A stretch of DNA of 64,000 nt from a virus (Duplodnaviria; Caudoviricetes), in IMG/VR virus record IMGVR_UViG_642918881_000001, positions 5,905-69,904 of that record; one strand, given 5' to 3'. Position 1 is the first letter of the stretch, and every line of letters starts with the position of its first letter. Below are positions 28,767 to 37,310 of this stretch, in pieces. The position numbers and the translations under genes were made by a program. The notes below the pieces were generated by a model. The model was not told where the DNA came from and did no database searches. It saw only the letters and a program-made list of their open reading frames with translations.

Positions 28767-29515
28767 GCGACTGCGTAGACGAGACCCATCTGCAAGAGCT
28801 GGACGGCGTGATCAGCCCACAGCCGTGGATGCAGTGGCGGCACGTCGGCGGCGTGGAGGCCCCCAGCAAGACGGGCAACTACGGCGTCACGCTGACCAGC
28901 GGGGGCCTGGGCACGGTGGACGTGTTCGGCACGCTGGGCAGCCTGTTCGGCAGCCTGTTTTCGTCCATCCCGCTGCTGTTCGGCAAGACATCGTTCCTGG
29001 CCGGGCTGCTGGAGTCGGCGTCGGCGGGCGGCAATAAGAACGACCTGCTGCACCGCCTCCAGTACAGCTGGACCAACGGCAGCCCCGTGCCCCAGGACGT
29101 ATACGGGCTCATCACGCGCGGCGGCGCACGGGTGAGTCTCCAGCCACGCAGCCGGGGCGGGCTGGTGCTGCGCAGCGGCTACGCCAAGCACGCCAGCGAC
29201 CCCGGCACCCTGACCGATAGCAGCATGTTCGGCGTGGGCGCTGACCTGGGGCGCGGTGGGACGCTGAGCCTGGGCACCACGTTCGGCATCGCAGAGCAGC
29301 GAATGAACAGCTGCACCATTCCGCTCGCGCCGGAGCGCACCGGCTGGCTGCGGCTGGCACCGGGAGAGACAATCACCGCCGCGCTGGAGCTGCGCTTCAT
29401 CAGCGAGTTCTGGGAGAACACCACCATCGACGGCGGAGACACCGGCAGCGAAAGCGGCTACACCACGGGCGCGACCCGCCTTGATCTGTTCGCGGTGCCG
29501 GTAATCTCGGGCTGA
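28763..29515 (+). CDS. putative structural protein (paralog set 3 of 3)
   Basis: GTGA overlap; WTNGSPVP and LAPGET motifs shared with 27517. Confidence 0.7.
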   Translation: MSDCVDETHLQELDGVISPQPWMQWRHVGGVEAPSKTGNYGVTLTSGGLGTVDVFGTLGSLFGSLFSSIPLLFGKTSFLAGLLESASAGGNKNDLLHRLQYSWTNGSPVPQDVYGLITRGGARVSLQPRSRGGLVLRSGYAKHASDPGTLTDSSMFGVGADLGRGGTLSLGTTFGIAEQRMNSCTIPLAPERTGWLRLAPGETITAALELRFISEFWENTTIDGGDTGSESGYTTGATRLDLFAVPVISG

Positions 29516-29542
29516 CAAACCCTCCGGCCTCGGGAGACTGCC

Positions 29543-29911
29543 GTGTACGAACCGCCACCTGGATACGACGATTGCGAGGCCGACGGCGATGCGCACCCGA
29601 CGCCGCCGGACTGGCCGTACCGCACGCTGGAAGTCGACGGCGTGGGCACGTTGCACGCGCGGCGACCGCTGCCCAATGCGATCCCGGCGCTGGCCGGTGC
29701 GGCGCGCAGCAAGATCAGCGCCGAGAGCCGTATCGACCATCTGGACATCTTCGTTCAGAACCACCTGGCCGACGGGGAGTTCGAGCAGCTGCTGGCCCGC
29801 ATGATGGATCCCGACCAGGACATGCCACCGGACACCATGCTGCGCGTGAGCCGCGCGATTGCCACGGCGGGCAGTGCGCGCCCTACACGGCGGTCATCAA
29901 CCTTGCGTTGA
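29543..29911 (+). CDS. tail-assembly-chaperone paralog (G-like)
   Basis: Aligns by eye with the C-terminal half of 12752-13324 (HL...R[LM]MDPD...AI.TA). Confidence 0.65.
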   Translation: MYEPPPGYDDCEADGDAHPTPPDWPYRTLEVDGVGTLHARRPLPNAIPALAGAARSKISAESRIDHLDIFVQNHLADGEFEQLLARMMDPDQDMPPDTMLRVSRAIATAGSARPTRRSSTLR

Positions 29912-30222
29912 TGACCGCGCACAACTGGCGGGCGCTGCGGACCAAGGCCCTGGAGAACGGGCACAGCGACCTGATGGCCTGGCCGAACATGCACGTGGTG
30001 CTCGACGCCATGGAGCAGCTGGGCCTGGAGAGCGCGGTGGCCGGGGCAAAGACGCAGGTCGAGGCCAAGACGGAAATGACCCGCTACTACGACAAGCTCT
30101 ACAAGCCCGACCTCACCGCCATGGTGATCAACGGCGACGGGTACCTGCCGCCCCCGCCGGGGTTCAGCGAGGAGGAGATGGAGGCCAGTTTCGACGCCTT
30201 CTTGTCGAGCGGAACACGGTAG
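29911..30222 (+). CDS. hypothetical protein, possibly T-part of a frameshifted chaperone
   Basis: -1 frame relative to 29543 and open from 29572; ATG overlaps the upstream TGA. Confidence 0.65.
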   Translation: MTAHNWRALRTKALENGHSDLMAWPNMHVVLDAMEQLGLESAVAGAKTQVEAKTEMTRYYDKLYKPDLTAMVINGDGYLPPPPGFSEEEMEASFDAFLSSGTR

Positions 30223-30240
30223 GCCAGCTATCCTGCACCC

Positions 30241-30660
30241 ATGGCAACTACGGCGGTGCTGTTCGACACAGCTGCACCCGCCGGTTCCAAGCTGGACCCC
30301 GCTGTCGCCGCCGAGGTGGCGGCGGTAGCGCCGGGCAACCTGGAGCCCGGCGAGGTCGATACCCTTCACCTGGCCGACGAGTCGGTGACACAGCCCAAGA
30401 TCGCGCCGGGTGCCGTAGGCAGCCCCCAGATCGCCACTGGCGGCGTAGAAGCGGTAAACCTTGCCGGGGGCTCGGTGGGCACCGCTGCGCTCGCTGGCGG
30501 GGCTGTGACAGCCGAAAAAACAGGGACTGGCGTTGTCACCGCCTACGACGCCGCCGGTAACCCGGTGCCGCGCCGCGAGGTAGAGCTGACCGCCGCCCAG
30601 TACCAGGCGCTCGTCACGGCGGGCACCGTGGACCCGAACACGCGGTACTTCGTCAGCTGA
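30241..30660 (+). CDS. tail fibre connector-like protein
   Basis: Short [AS]V[TG]..K[IL]A repeats; C-terminal LTAAQYQAL...DPNTRYFV. Confidence 0.7.
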   Translation: MATTAVLFDTAAPAGSKLDPAVAAEVAAVAPGNLEPGEVDTLHLADESVTQPKIAPGAVGSPQIATGGVEAVNLAGGSVGTAALAGGAVTAEKTGTGVVTAYDAAGNPVPRREVELTAAQYQALVTAGTVDPNTRYFVS

Positions 30661-31796
30661 TGCCGATCTACCAGGGCGCAGCCAACCATCCGGCGTTCAC
30701 CAAGTGCTACGTCGGCACACAGCGGTACCGCAAAATCTACGACGGCACCAGCCTGGTCTGGTCGGACACCCTGATCCACGACGGTTTCGACTGGGACGGC
30801 TGGCTCCAGGGATGGATCAACGAGCTGTGTGCCGCCGACGACCTGGGCGAACTCATCAGCGACGGCTTCGGCATGGTCGTGGACGGGCTGGGCAATGTGG
30901 TCGGTTCGACCGTGGCCTACATCCAGGACGGCGTGAACGAGACCGGCAAGCTGGTGGCGAACGCGGGCACCAGCCTGGTCGACGCATACTGCGGGGCCTG
31001 GGGCGGCAGCGCGCCACCGGACGGGCTCATCGGCCTAGTCAACGGCATTCCGATCATCGGCGGCATCCTGGCCGACTGGCTGGCCGGTGACATCGACATC
31101 GAAAGCATCATCGGCAGCTTGCCGGTCATCGGCAACATCGCCAAGCAGATCGGCCTGCTGCCCGACAGCGCTGGACACCTGCTGGACCCGCTGAACTACG
31201 TCATTGACGAGCTGGGCAACGTGGTCGGGACGATCACCTGCGGCAAGTACACCGACATCGGCGGCGGCATCGGTGAGGACATCTGTTACGTCATCGGCGT
31301 GGTCGAGCAGGCGGCGCGCATGTTGGTGCCTGATGGGCTCATGTCGCTGGACCGGCAGGTGAGTTGGGTTCGGCATCCGACCGTGCTGGCCACCGACGAC
31401 GGATGGGTGGAAACGCAGATCGCCAACGTGGGCAGCCCCGGTTTCAGCACGCAGGTGTTCCGGCGCTACGCCAACGACGGCAGCCGGGCAAGCGGCGTCG
31501 GCATGGACTTCACCGACAGCGCGGTGTCGATTGTGCGCCGCGTGGGCGGCACCAACACGCTGGTAGCGCCCAACCTGGCGCGATTCACCGAGGGCGACGT
31601 GCTGCGGCTGGACCAGGCGGGCAACACTCACACGCTGCTGCTGAACGGCACTGACGTGGGCGAATGGCCGGATACCGGCGGCACGGCGGCAACGGGTGCG
31701 TCAAACCGCTCGGTGGGAATGTTCATGGAAGGTGCCAAGGAATTTCTGGGGTCGCGCCGGTTCGGCCCGGCGCTCAATTACCTTGACGCTGGCTAG
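30660..31796 (+). CDS. putative tail/receptor-binding protein
   Basis: N-terminal KCYVGT...KIYDGTSLVWS; C-terminal beta-sandwich-like region. Confidence 0.6.
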   Translation: MPIYQGAANHPAFTKCYVGTQRYRKIYDGTSLVWSDTLIHDGFDWDGWLQGWINELCAADDLGELISDGFGMVVDGLGNVVGSTVAYIQDGVNETGKLVANAGTSLVDAYCGAWGGSAPPDGLIGLVNGIPIIGGILADWLAGDIDIESIIGSLPVIGNIAKQIGLLPDSAGHLLDPLNYVIDELGNVVGTITCGKYTDIGGGIGEDICYVIGVVEQAARMLVPDGLMSLDRQVSWVRHPTVLATDDGWVETQIANVGSPGFSTQVFRRYANDGSRASGVGMDFTDSAVSIVRRVGGTNTLVAPNLARFTEGDVLRLDQAGNTHTLLLNGTDVGEWPDTGGTAATGASNRSVGMFMEGAKEFLGSRRFGPALNYLDAG

Positions 31797-31976
31797 TTCT
31801 CGATTGTCGCGGTAACGCAGCCACGACCAGCCCCCGACCAGCGCCGCGCCGACGGCGGCGCTGATGCCGGGGTGCGGGTTCGTGTTGAAGAACGACGCGG
31901 CCAGTAGGAGCACACCTGTTCCACCCATGAGGGCGACAGTAACGGGTCGGCTGTCCCGGCGCGCGTGGCGCGTCAT
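31701..31976 (-). CDS. small membrane protein (2 TM)
   Basis: ATG overlaps the stop of the upstream HTH gene; two hydrophobic segments; 3' end overlaps the convergent gene. Confidence 0.5.
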   Translation of the reverse strand: MTRHARRDSRPVTVALMGGTGVLLLAASFFNTNPHPGISAAVGAALVGGWSWLRYRDNRELASVKVIERRAEPARPQKFLGTFHEHSHRAV

Positions 31977-32182
31977 TACCGACCGCCCCACCAGCCACGG
32001 CCGGGGCGCTCGGCGTGCCAAGCGTCGATGGTCTCCGGCAGCCAGCCCTTGTGACGGCCCACCTCCACATCATGCGGCGGCAGGTCGATACCGGACAAGC
32101 TGCGGACGGACTTCATGCCGAGGCGCTTGGCCACGTCCTGACGGCTGAGGTAGCGCTGCACCTTGCGTTCAGTGGTGGTCAC
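31976..32182 (-). CDS. AlpA/excisionase-like HTH DNA-binding protein
   Basis: YLSRQDVAKRLG...LPPHDVEVG...GWLPETIDAW; AAAGGAG RBS. Confidence 0.75.
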   Translation of the reverse strand: MTTTERKVQRYLSRQDVAKRLGMKSVRSLSGIDLPPHDVEVGRHKGWLPETIDAWHAERPGRGWWGGR

Positions 32183-32604
32183 CGCACGCTCCTTTCACGG
32201 GCTGTGGAGTTCCCCGACATCGTAAGGGTAATTCGGGGCAGTTCGGGGTCACCGGAAACGATGACGGCAGCGCGCCCGGCCACCAGACGCTCCCATTCCC
32301 ACTGCCCGCCCGCCTCCACAGCAATGTTGACGTGACGGTCTGGGTCGGCTTCGGCAGCGTCGATGATGCGCGCCACATGGTCATCGAACGCATCCACCAG
32401 CTGCTCCACCTCGGTGAGCATTCCCGGCGGGCACTTGTCCGCGCCGCTCTCGATGCGCTGGTAATCGCGCCGGGGCTTGCCCAGCTTGAGCGCCATGCTG
32501 CGCTGGTCCAGCCCGATGTAGAGCCGGTAATTCCTGATCAGCTCGCCCAGCCCGTAGGTGTGCTCCGTGGGCTGCGGGGCTGCGGGCAGCTCAGTGACTG
32601 TCAT
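32179..32604 (-). CDS. XRE-family HTH DNA-binding protein
   Basis: LIRNYRLYIGLDQRSMALKLGKPRRDYQRIESG. Confidence 0.8.
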   Translation of the reverse strand: MTVTELPAAPQPTEHTYGLGELIRNYRLYIGLDQRSMALKLGKPRRDYQRIESGADKCPPGMLTEVEQLVDAFDDHVARIIDAAEADPDRHVNIAVEAGGQWEWERLVAGRAAVIVSGDPELPRITLTMSGNSTARERSVR

Positions 32605-32627
32605 GTGCTTGTCCTTTCGTGGTGCCA

Positions 32628-32656
32628 GCCCCGGCACCGAGGGGCGGTGCCGGGGC
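32628..32656. other. intergenic hairpin
   Basis: GCCCCGGCACC-GAGGGGC-GGTGCCGGGGC. Confidence 0.55.
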
Positions 32657-32674
32657 CGGGTAGATGGCTGGTGT

Positions 32675-33409
32675 TCACCAGCCCGCCTTGGCGGCGCAGA
32701 CGGGGCCGATGCCACGGGCACGGCTTTCGTCGTTGGTGAGCTGGCGACCGCAGATACCGCACTCACCGATCTCATGGCCGTAGCGGGCGCTGGCGGCTTC
32801 GGCACCGACGGCGGCAATGCGGGCCAGGATCGCCCGGCCCTGCTTCATGCTCAGCTTCTGCTCGTCGCCGCCGATGATCTGCTTGACGAACACGTACCCG
32901 GCCCAGCGGCCGGTCTCGGGGCGGTCGACCTTGTAGAACGCGGTGCCGTTGACTGCGTGCACCTGCGTGTCGATGGCGTAGCGCCCGGCGGGTACGTCCA
33001 CGGTGCCCGCCTCGTAGCGCTGGTCGTCAATGCGGACGTTGGCCTCGGTGGGCAGGCTCTTGAGCCAGTCGATGAACGCGCTGGCACCCTTGCGGGTGAG
33101 CGGTGCCCAGGCGAAGGCCATTTCGGGGGCGGCGTCGGCAATGCAGTGGGCCAGGGCCTGGTTCAGGCGCTCGCCCAGCTCGTCGGCGGTGGCGATGTTC
33201 ACCAGGCCGAAGTCGTCGGACTTCACCGGGTCGGTCAACACGTCGAGCAGCAGGTTGATCACGGCGGCACGGCTGATGTACTTGTCCACGCCCTGGGCCT
33301 GCTGCCACTTGCGGGTGCTGAGCAGATCGCGGATGAAATTCAGTTGGCCCTCGCTGGCGGCAACGACGAGGCTGGCCGGGGCGGTGCTGGTGGCGAACGG
33401 TGAACCCAT
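32675..33409 (-). CDS. DUF6011-like zinc-finger protein
   Basis: C-terminal CGICGRQLTNDESRARGIGPVCA; AAGGAG RBS. Confidence 0.75.
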   Translation of the reverse strand: MGSPFATSTAPASLVVAASEGQLNFIRDLLSTRKWQQAQGVDKYISRAAVINLLLDVLTDPVKSDDFGLVNIATADELGERLNQALAHCIADAAPEMAFAWAPLTRKGASAFIDWLKSLPTEANVRIDDQRYEAGTVDVPAGRYAIDTQVHAVNGTAFYKVDRPETGRWAGYVFVKQIIGGDEQKLSMKQGRAILARIAAVGAEAASARYGHEIGECGICGRQLTNDESRARGIGPVCAAKAGW

Positions 33410-33429
33410 GATTACTCCTTGATCGCGGA

Positions 33430-33490
33430 GGCGGGGCTGTCCCGCCGGGCTGATGCGACCATACTAACCCGCCTTAGTCGGGTAAGTCAA
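33430..33490 (-). promoter_or_regulatory. repeated promoter/operator cassette, copy 2
   Basis: TTGACT-N18-TAGTAT with palindromic spacer and GGCGGG-ACAGC-CCCGCC hairpin. Confidence 0.85.
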
Positions 33491-33514
33491 CAGCGGCATT
33501 GCTACCATCGCCCG

Positions 33515-35248
33515 GTGAGCTTTATCCGGTCGAAATTCGCACCCCGTGCCCTGCTGACCGTCGACCAGTGGATCGCCATTTTCGTCGCGGTGGCCGACGA
33601 GCTGGACATGCCGGACAAGCGCGGCGCGGTGGTGTGCGCCGCCATGTGTGCCTTCCAGGAGGCCGGGGCCGACCTGAACGACGGCCGGGGGCGGCAAATC
33701 TGGATCCCCGGCAACATGGCTGACCCGTGCTACGCCGACGACCCCGACGCCTATCCGCACGACAGCGAAGGCAACGACGGACAGTCCACCGGCCCGTTCC
33801 AGCAGCAGATGAACCGGCCCGGCACTGCGCCGTGGGGCTGGGGCGGCGTCTACGGCGACTGCGCCGGTACCCGCAAGCGGATGGACCCGTGGGACAGCAC
33901 CCGCATGTTCTTCGGCTGGCCAGGCAGCGGGCTGCGGGACAAGGGCTACGACGCCAGCACCGCCCAGCGCGCCAATGACAGCATTCAGCGCGTGCAGGGC
34001 AGCGGCGTGCCGCAGGCGTACGCCCAGTGGTGGGGCCTGGCGAACGCTGCGTACGACCGCTACCTGGGCAATCCGATTCCGGCACCGCCCAGCCCTGGCG
34101 GTGGCAGCAGCGGGGCTCCGGCGCTGGTGCCGAACCCGGCCTGGCGCGGTGACCCGCTGTTCCTGCCGCAGCTGCTGCGCGCGTTTGGCGTCAGCGTGAC
34201 CACCTACACCGATGCCGACGGCATCCCCTGGGACCAGCGCGGGCACGGCGACTTCGGGGCCATCACGTGGGTGCTGTGGCACCACACGGGCAGCGTCAAC
34301 GAGACGGACAACGGCATCGCGCATCATCCGGCGCTGGGCCTGGCCGCGAACATGCTCATCCACCCCGACGGGCACGTGGTGCTCACCGGCAGCGGCATCG
34401 CCTGGCACGGCGGTGCGGGCATCTACCCCGGCATCCCCGAGGACGGCATCAACCAGGTCAGCATCGGTATCGAGTGCAGCTACGGGCCAGACCGGAACGG
34501 CCAGTACACGCTCCCCTGGCCCGAGGCCCAGATGAACGCCATGATCGCCGTCGGCGGTGCCATCAGCTGGTTCCTGGGCGACACGCTGCCACCGTCTCAC
34601 CAGATCGCGCACAAGGAATGGGCCGGGCGCGATAACCCGCTCGGTGTCAATAAGCAGGGCAAGCCGGACCCCGGCAACCTGGACATGACCTGGTTCCGCG
34701 CGCAGATCGCAGCACGCGCAGCCGCAGGCCCCACAACCGGAGGAGATTGGATGAGCGACCCCGATGCCCTGACCATGCTCAGGGACATTCACCGCGAGAC
34801 CGTGACGCAGAAGTCACCGAGCCGGAGCTTCATGGCCGAGGACGGCACGCTGATCGACAGCCCGCTGGGCATCGAATGGAACACCGACGGCAATGCCTGG
34901 ACCCTGGTGCTGACCGAGGCGTACTGGAACGACACGCCGCTGGCCATCACCGTGGTGGAGGACATCGCCGCCAACGGCGTGCGGCAGACCAGCTGGGCGG
35001 GGTCGGCCGACAAGGACAGCGAAGTCAAGTTCAACCAATGGTTGCGCGACTTCGGCCAGGCGTACTGCCAGGGGCTGGTCCGGCGCAAGGCCCAGTGGAA
35101 CACACTGGTGGCCGCAGTTTCGGCCTTGGCTGCCGCCCAGGCGAACGCAGCCGTTGCCGCCGAGGCAACCACACCGGCACCGGCCCGTAAGCGCGCACCG
35201 CGCAAGACAGCCGCGAAGAAGGCCACCGCACCCAAGGTCGACCAGTGA
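33515..35248 (+). CDS. lysA: lysin A (N-terminal lysozyme-like domain, amidase_2 domain, C-terminal domain)
   Basis: STGPFQQ...WGG...RMDPWDS N-terminal domain; amidase motifs WHHTG, SIGIEC, AHKEW and KPDP. Confidence 0.9.
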   Translation: MSFIRSKFAPRALLTVDQWIAIFVAVADELDMPDKRGAVVCAAMCAFQEAGADLNDGRGRQIWIPGNMADPCYADDPDAYPHDSEGNDGQSTGPFQQQMNRPGTAPWGWGGVYGDCAGTRKRMDPWDSTRMFFGWPGSGLRDKGYDASTAQRANDSIQRVQGSGVPQAYAQWWGLANAAYDRYLGNPIPAPPSPGGGSSGAPALVPNPAWRGDPLFLPQLLRAFGVSVTTYTDADGIPWDQRGHGDFGAITWVLWHHTGSVNETDNGIAHHPALGLAANMLIHPDGHVVLTGSGIAWHGGAGIYPGIPEDGINQVSIGIECSYGPDRNGQYTLPWPEAQMNAMIAVGGAISWFLGDTLPPSHQIAHKEWAGRDNPLGVNKQGKPDPGNLDMTWFRAQIAARAAAGPTTGGDWMSDPDALTMLRDIHRETVTQKSPSRSFMAEDGTLIDSPLGIEWNTDGNAWTLVLTEAYWNDTPLAITVVEDIAANGVRQTSWAGSADKDSEVKFNQWLRDFGQAYCQGLVRRKAQWNTLVAAVSALAAAQANAAVAAEATTPAPARKRAPRKTAAKKATAPKVDQ

Positions 35249-36573
35249 CCGCCCCGGTGGCCTGGCATCCGCCCAACACCGTGGGCGACGTAGACCCGAA
35301 CATCGTGCTGGCCAAGCAGAAGCTGGCCAAGTACAGCTACGGCAAGCCCGCCAACGACGGCACGCCCATCTACACCGCCGAGTTCGGCGCGGCGCTGGCC
35401 GAATACCAGCGGCGGCGCAACGTCGAGATTGACCAAGGTAAGTACCTGCCGCCGCGCATGACCGCCCTGGGCACGCTGGACTATGCCACCAAGGTCCAGA
35501 TGGAAATCGTGCCGCGCGCTGGTGGCGGCGCGAACCCGCCACCGGCCACGGTCATCACCGACACACATTTCCTGTCCAGCCCCGGCAGCGGCGCGGATTG
35601 GTGGGTCGGCCCCAGCTTCGAGGTCGGGGAATGGCTCAAGACGAACGCGGGCGTCCGGCACTGGCCGCTCGGCTATCCCAAGGGTGGCTATCTGGGCCTG
35701 ATGGGCGGCGACAGCGCCCAGAGCTACCTGGACACCATCGCGCTGGAAGGCGCTGAGCTGGAGCGGCGCATCCGCGAGGACATCCTGCCGCTGTACGGCA
35801 TCACGCTGGCCCCCGGCGAAGTCATCAGCATGGAGGACGTTGACCAGCTGCCCGCCGCGTTCAAGATCGTGCTGTCCGGCTACAGCCAGTCGGCCGACGG
35901 CATCATCCGCGCCGCCGCCCGGCTGTTCGGTGACGGCGGTGTGTTCGCCGCGCTGCGCTCGTTCGTGAAGGGCATCCTGGTGTTTGGCAACCCGGCCCGG
36001 CAGGGCGGTGCCACCAGGTACGGGCGCAATCCGCGCGGCAAGGGCATCAGCGGCTACGTGGCTCCGGCCTGGCTGGTTCCGCTGATCATCGACGTGATCA
36101 CCGAGACGCCCACCGCGCCGGACTTCTACGCCTGCAATGTGAGCCCTATCGCCACGGCGGTCTACGAGGTGGTTATCCACGCCGAGACCGAACTGCCGTT
36201 CGTCGTCTACCTGGCCAAGCTGGTCATCCCCACCATCCTGAACCTGGTCAGCGGCGGCATCTTCGGCGGCGGTATCGGAGGGATGCTGGGCAGCGCGGCC
36301 ACCGTGCCGATCCTGGCCGGGCTCACCGGCATGGCCGGAGGCCAGCTGCTGCCGTTCGTCAACATGGCCCAGCAGGGCGACGACGCACTGCTCCAGCCAC
36401 TGATCGACGCTCTGAGCCCCACGGGCCTGCTGATGAGCCTGCCGCAGCTGATTGGGCTGTTGCTGGCGCTGCCCGGCATCCAGACACACGGGGAATACCA
36501 TCTGCCCAAGGCTGAGTTCGGCGGGCGCACGGGCATCCAGGTGGGAATCGACCTGATCAGGCCCCTGTTGTAA
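35245..36573 (+). CDS. lysB: lysin B (cutinase-like esterase with N-terminal PG-binding-like region)
   Basis: GYSQSA nucleophile motif, FGNPAR and C-terminal HGEY; follows lysin A. Confidence 0.88.
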   Translation: MTAPVAWHPPNTVGDVDPNIVLAKQKLAKYSYGKPANDGTPIYTAEFGAALAEYQRRRNVEIDQGKYLPPRMTALGTLDYATKVQMEIVPRAGGGANPPPATVITDTHFLSSPGSGADWWVGPSFEVGEWLKTNAGVRHWPLGYPKGGYLGLMGGDSAQSYLDTIALEGAELERRIREDILPLYGITLAPGEVISMEDVDQLPAAFKIVLSGYSQSADGIIRAAARLFGDGGVFAALRSFVKGILVFGNPARQGGATRYGRNPRGKGISGYVAPAWLVPLIIDVITETPTAPDFYACNVSPIATAVYEVVIHAETELPFVVYLAKLVIPTILNLVSGGIFGGGIGGMLGSAATVPILAGLTGMAGGQLLPFVNMAQQGDDALLQPLIDALSPTGLLMSLPQLIGLLLALPGIQTHGEYHLPKAEFGGRTGIQVGIDLIRPLL

Positions 36574-36612
36574 CCTGCACATAGCGGCTCTCGTGGTTGT
36601 GGGTCCAGCGGG

Positions 36613-36653
36613 CGAAGCCCCGACACCTGGGGAAGGTGCCGGGGCTTCGTTTC
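36613..36653. terminator. intrinsic terminator between convergent lysB and replication genes
   Basis: CGAAGCCCCG-ACACCT...AGGTGC-CGGGGCTTCG followed by TTT. Confidence 0.8.
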
Positions 36654-36666
36654 GTTCAGCCGGGTG

Positions 36667-37278
36667 TCAGCTGCTGATGGACTTGCGCCACTCCTGATAG
36701 AGCGCCTTGTCCTCGTCGGACCCGGCAGCCAGGATGTACGGCGCGGACTGGTTGGGCTTCTTGTTGCCCTTCACGATCCGGCCCAACAGCCAGGCGGTGC
36801 CCTTGTCAAGCGCCCGCTTACCCTCGCGGACCAGCGCCTTGTTGAAGATCATCACATCGTCCAGCCGCTCGCCCACCTCGTAGGGCTCGCAGCTTTCCAC
36901 CTCGCCGTCGCGGTTCAGGAAGCTGAACCCCTCGTCGGTGGCCACGGTGGCGTTCGCGTTCGGCGTGCCCGGCTGCGGCAGCGTCAGCGGGATGATGTCG
37001 GCGCGGATGAACTCCTGCTCCTCGTTCTGCTTGGACACGCTGGTGCTCATGCTGCCGTGCTCGGTCGGGTGCATGAGGATCAACTGGCCCAGGAAGAACG
37101 CGGGCTTGTAACCGCTGATGCCAGTCGGGTCACTGGCAGCGAACGGGTCACCCTTGCCCAGGCTGGTCTCCTCACCGACGTTGGCCACGTCGTCAGGGCC
37201 GGGGAGCGGTGCCTTGGCAGCAGCGGCGGGCTTGGCGGCGGTGGCGGTGCCACCCTTCTTGTCAAACGGGCTGGGCAT
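36667..37278 (-). CDS. hypothetical protein (possible ssDNA-binding/recombination role)
   Basis: AGGAG RBS; adjacent to the exonuclease; function inferred from position only. Confidence 0.7.
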   Translation of the reverse strand: MPSPFDKKGGTATAAKPAAAAKAPLPGPDDVANVGEETSLGKGDPFAASDPTGISGYKPAFFLGQLILMHPTEHGSMSTSVSKQNEEQEFIRADIIPLTLPQPGTPNANATVATDEGFSFLNRDGEVESCEPYEVGERLDDVMIFNKALVREGKRALDKGTAWLLGRIVKGNKKPNQSAPYILAAGSDEDKALYQEWRKSISS

Positions 37279-37310
37279 TGTTTTCTCCTAGTGATGGTGT
37301 TGGTGATGGG

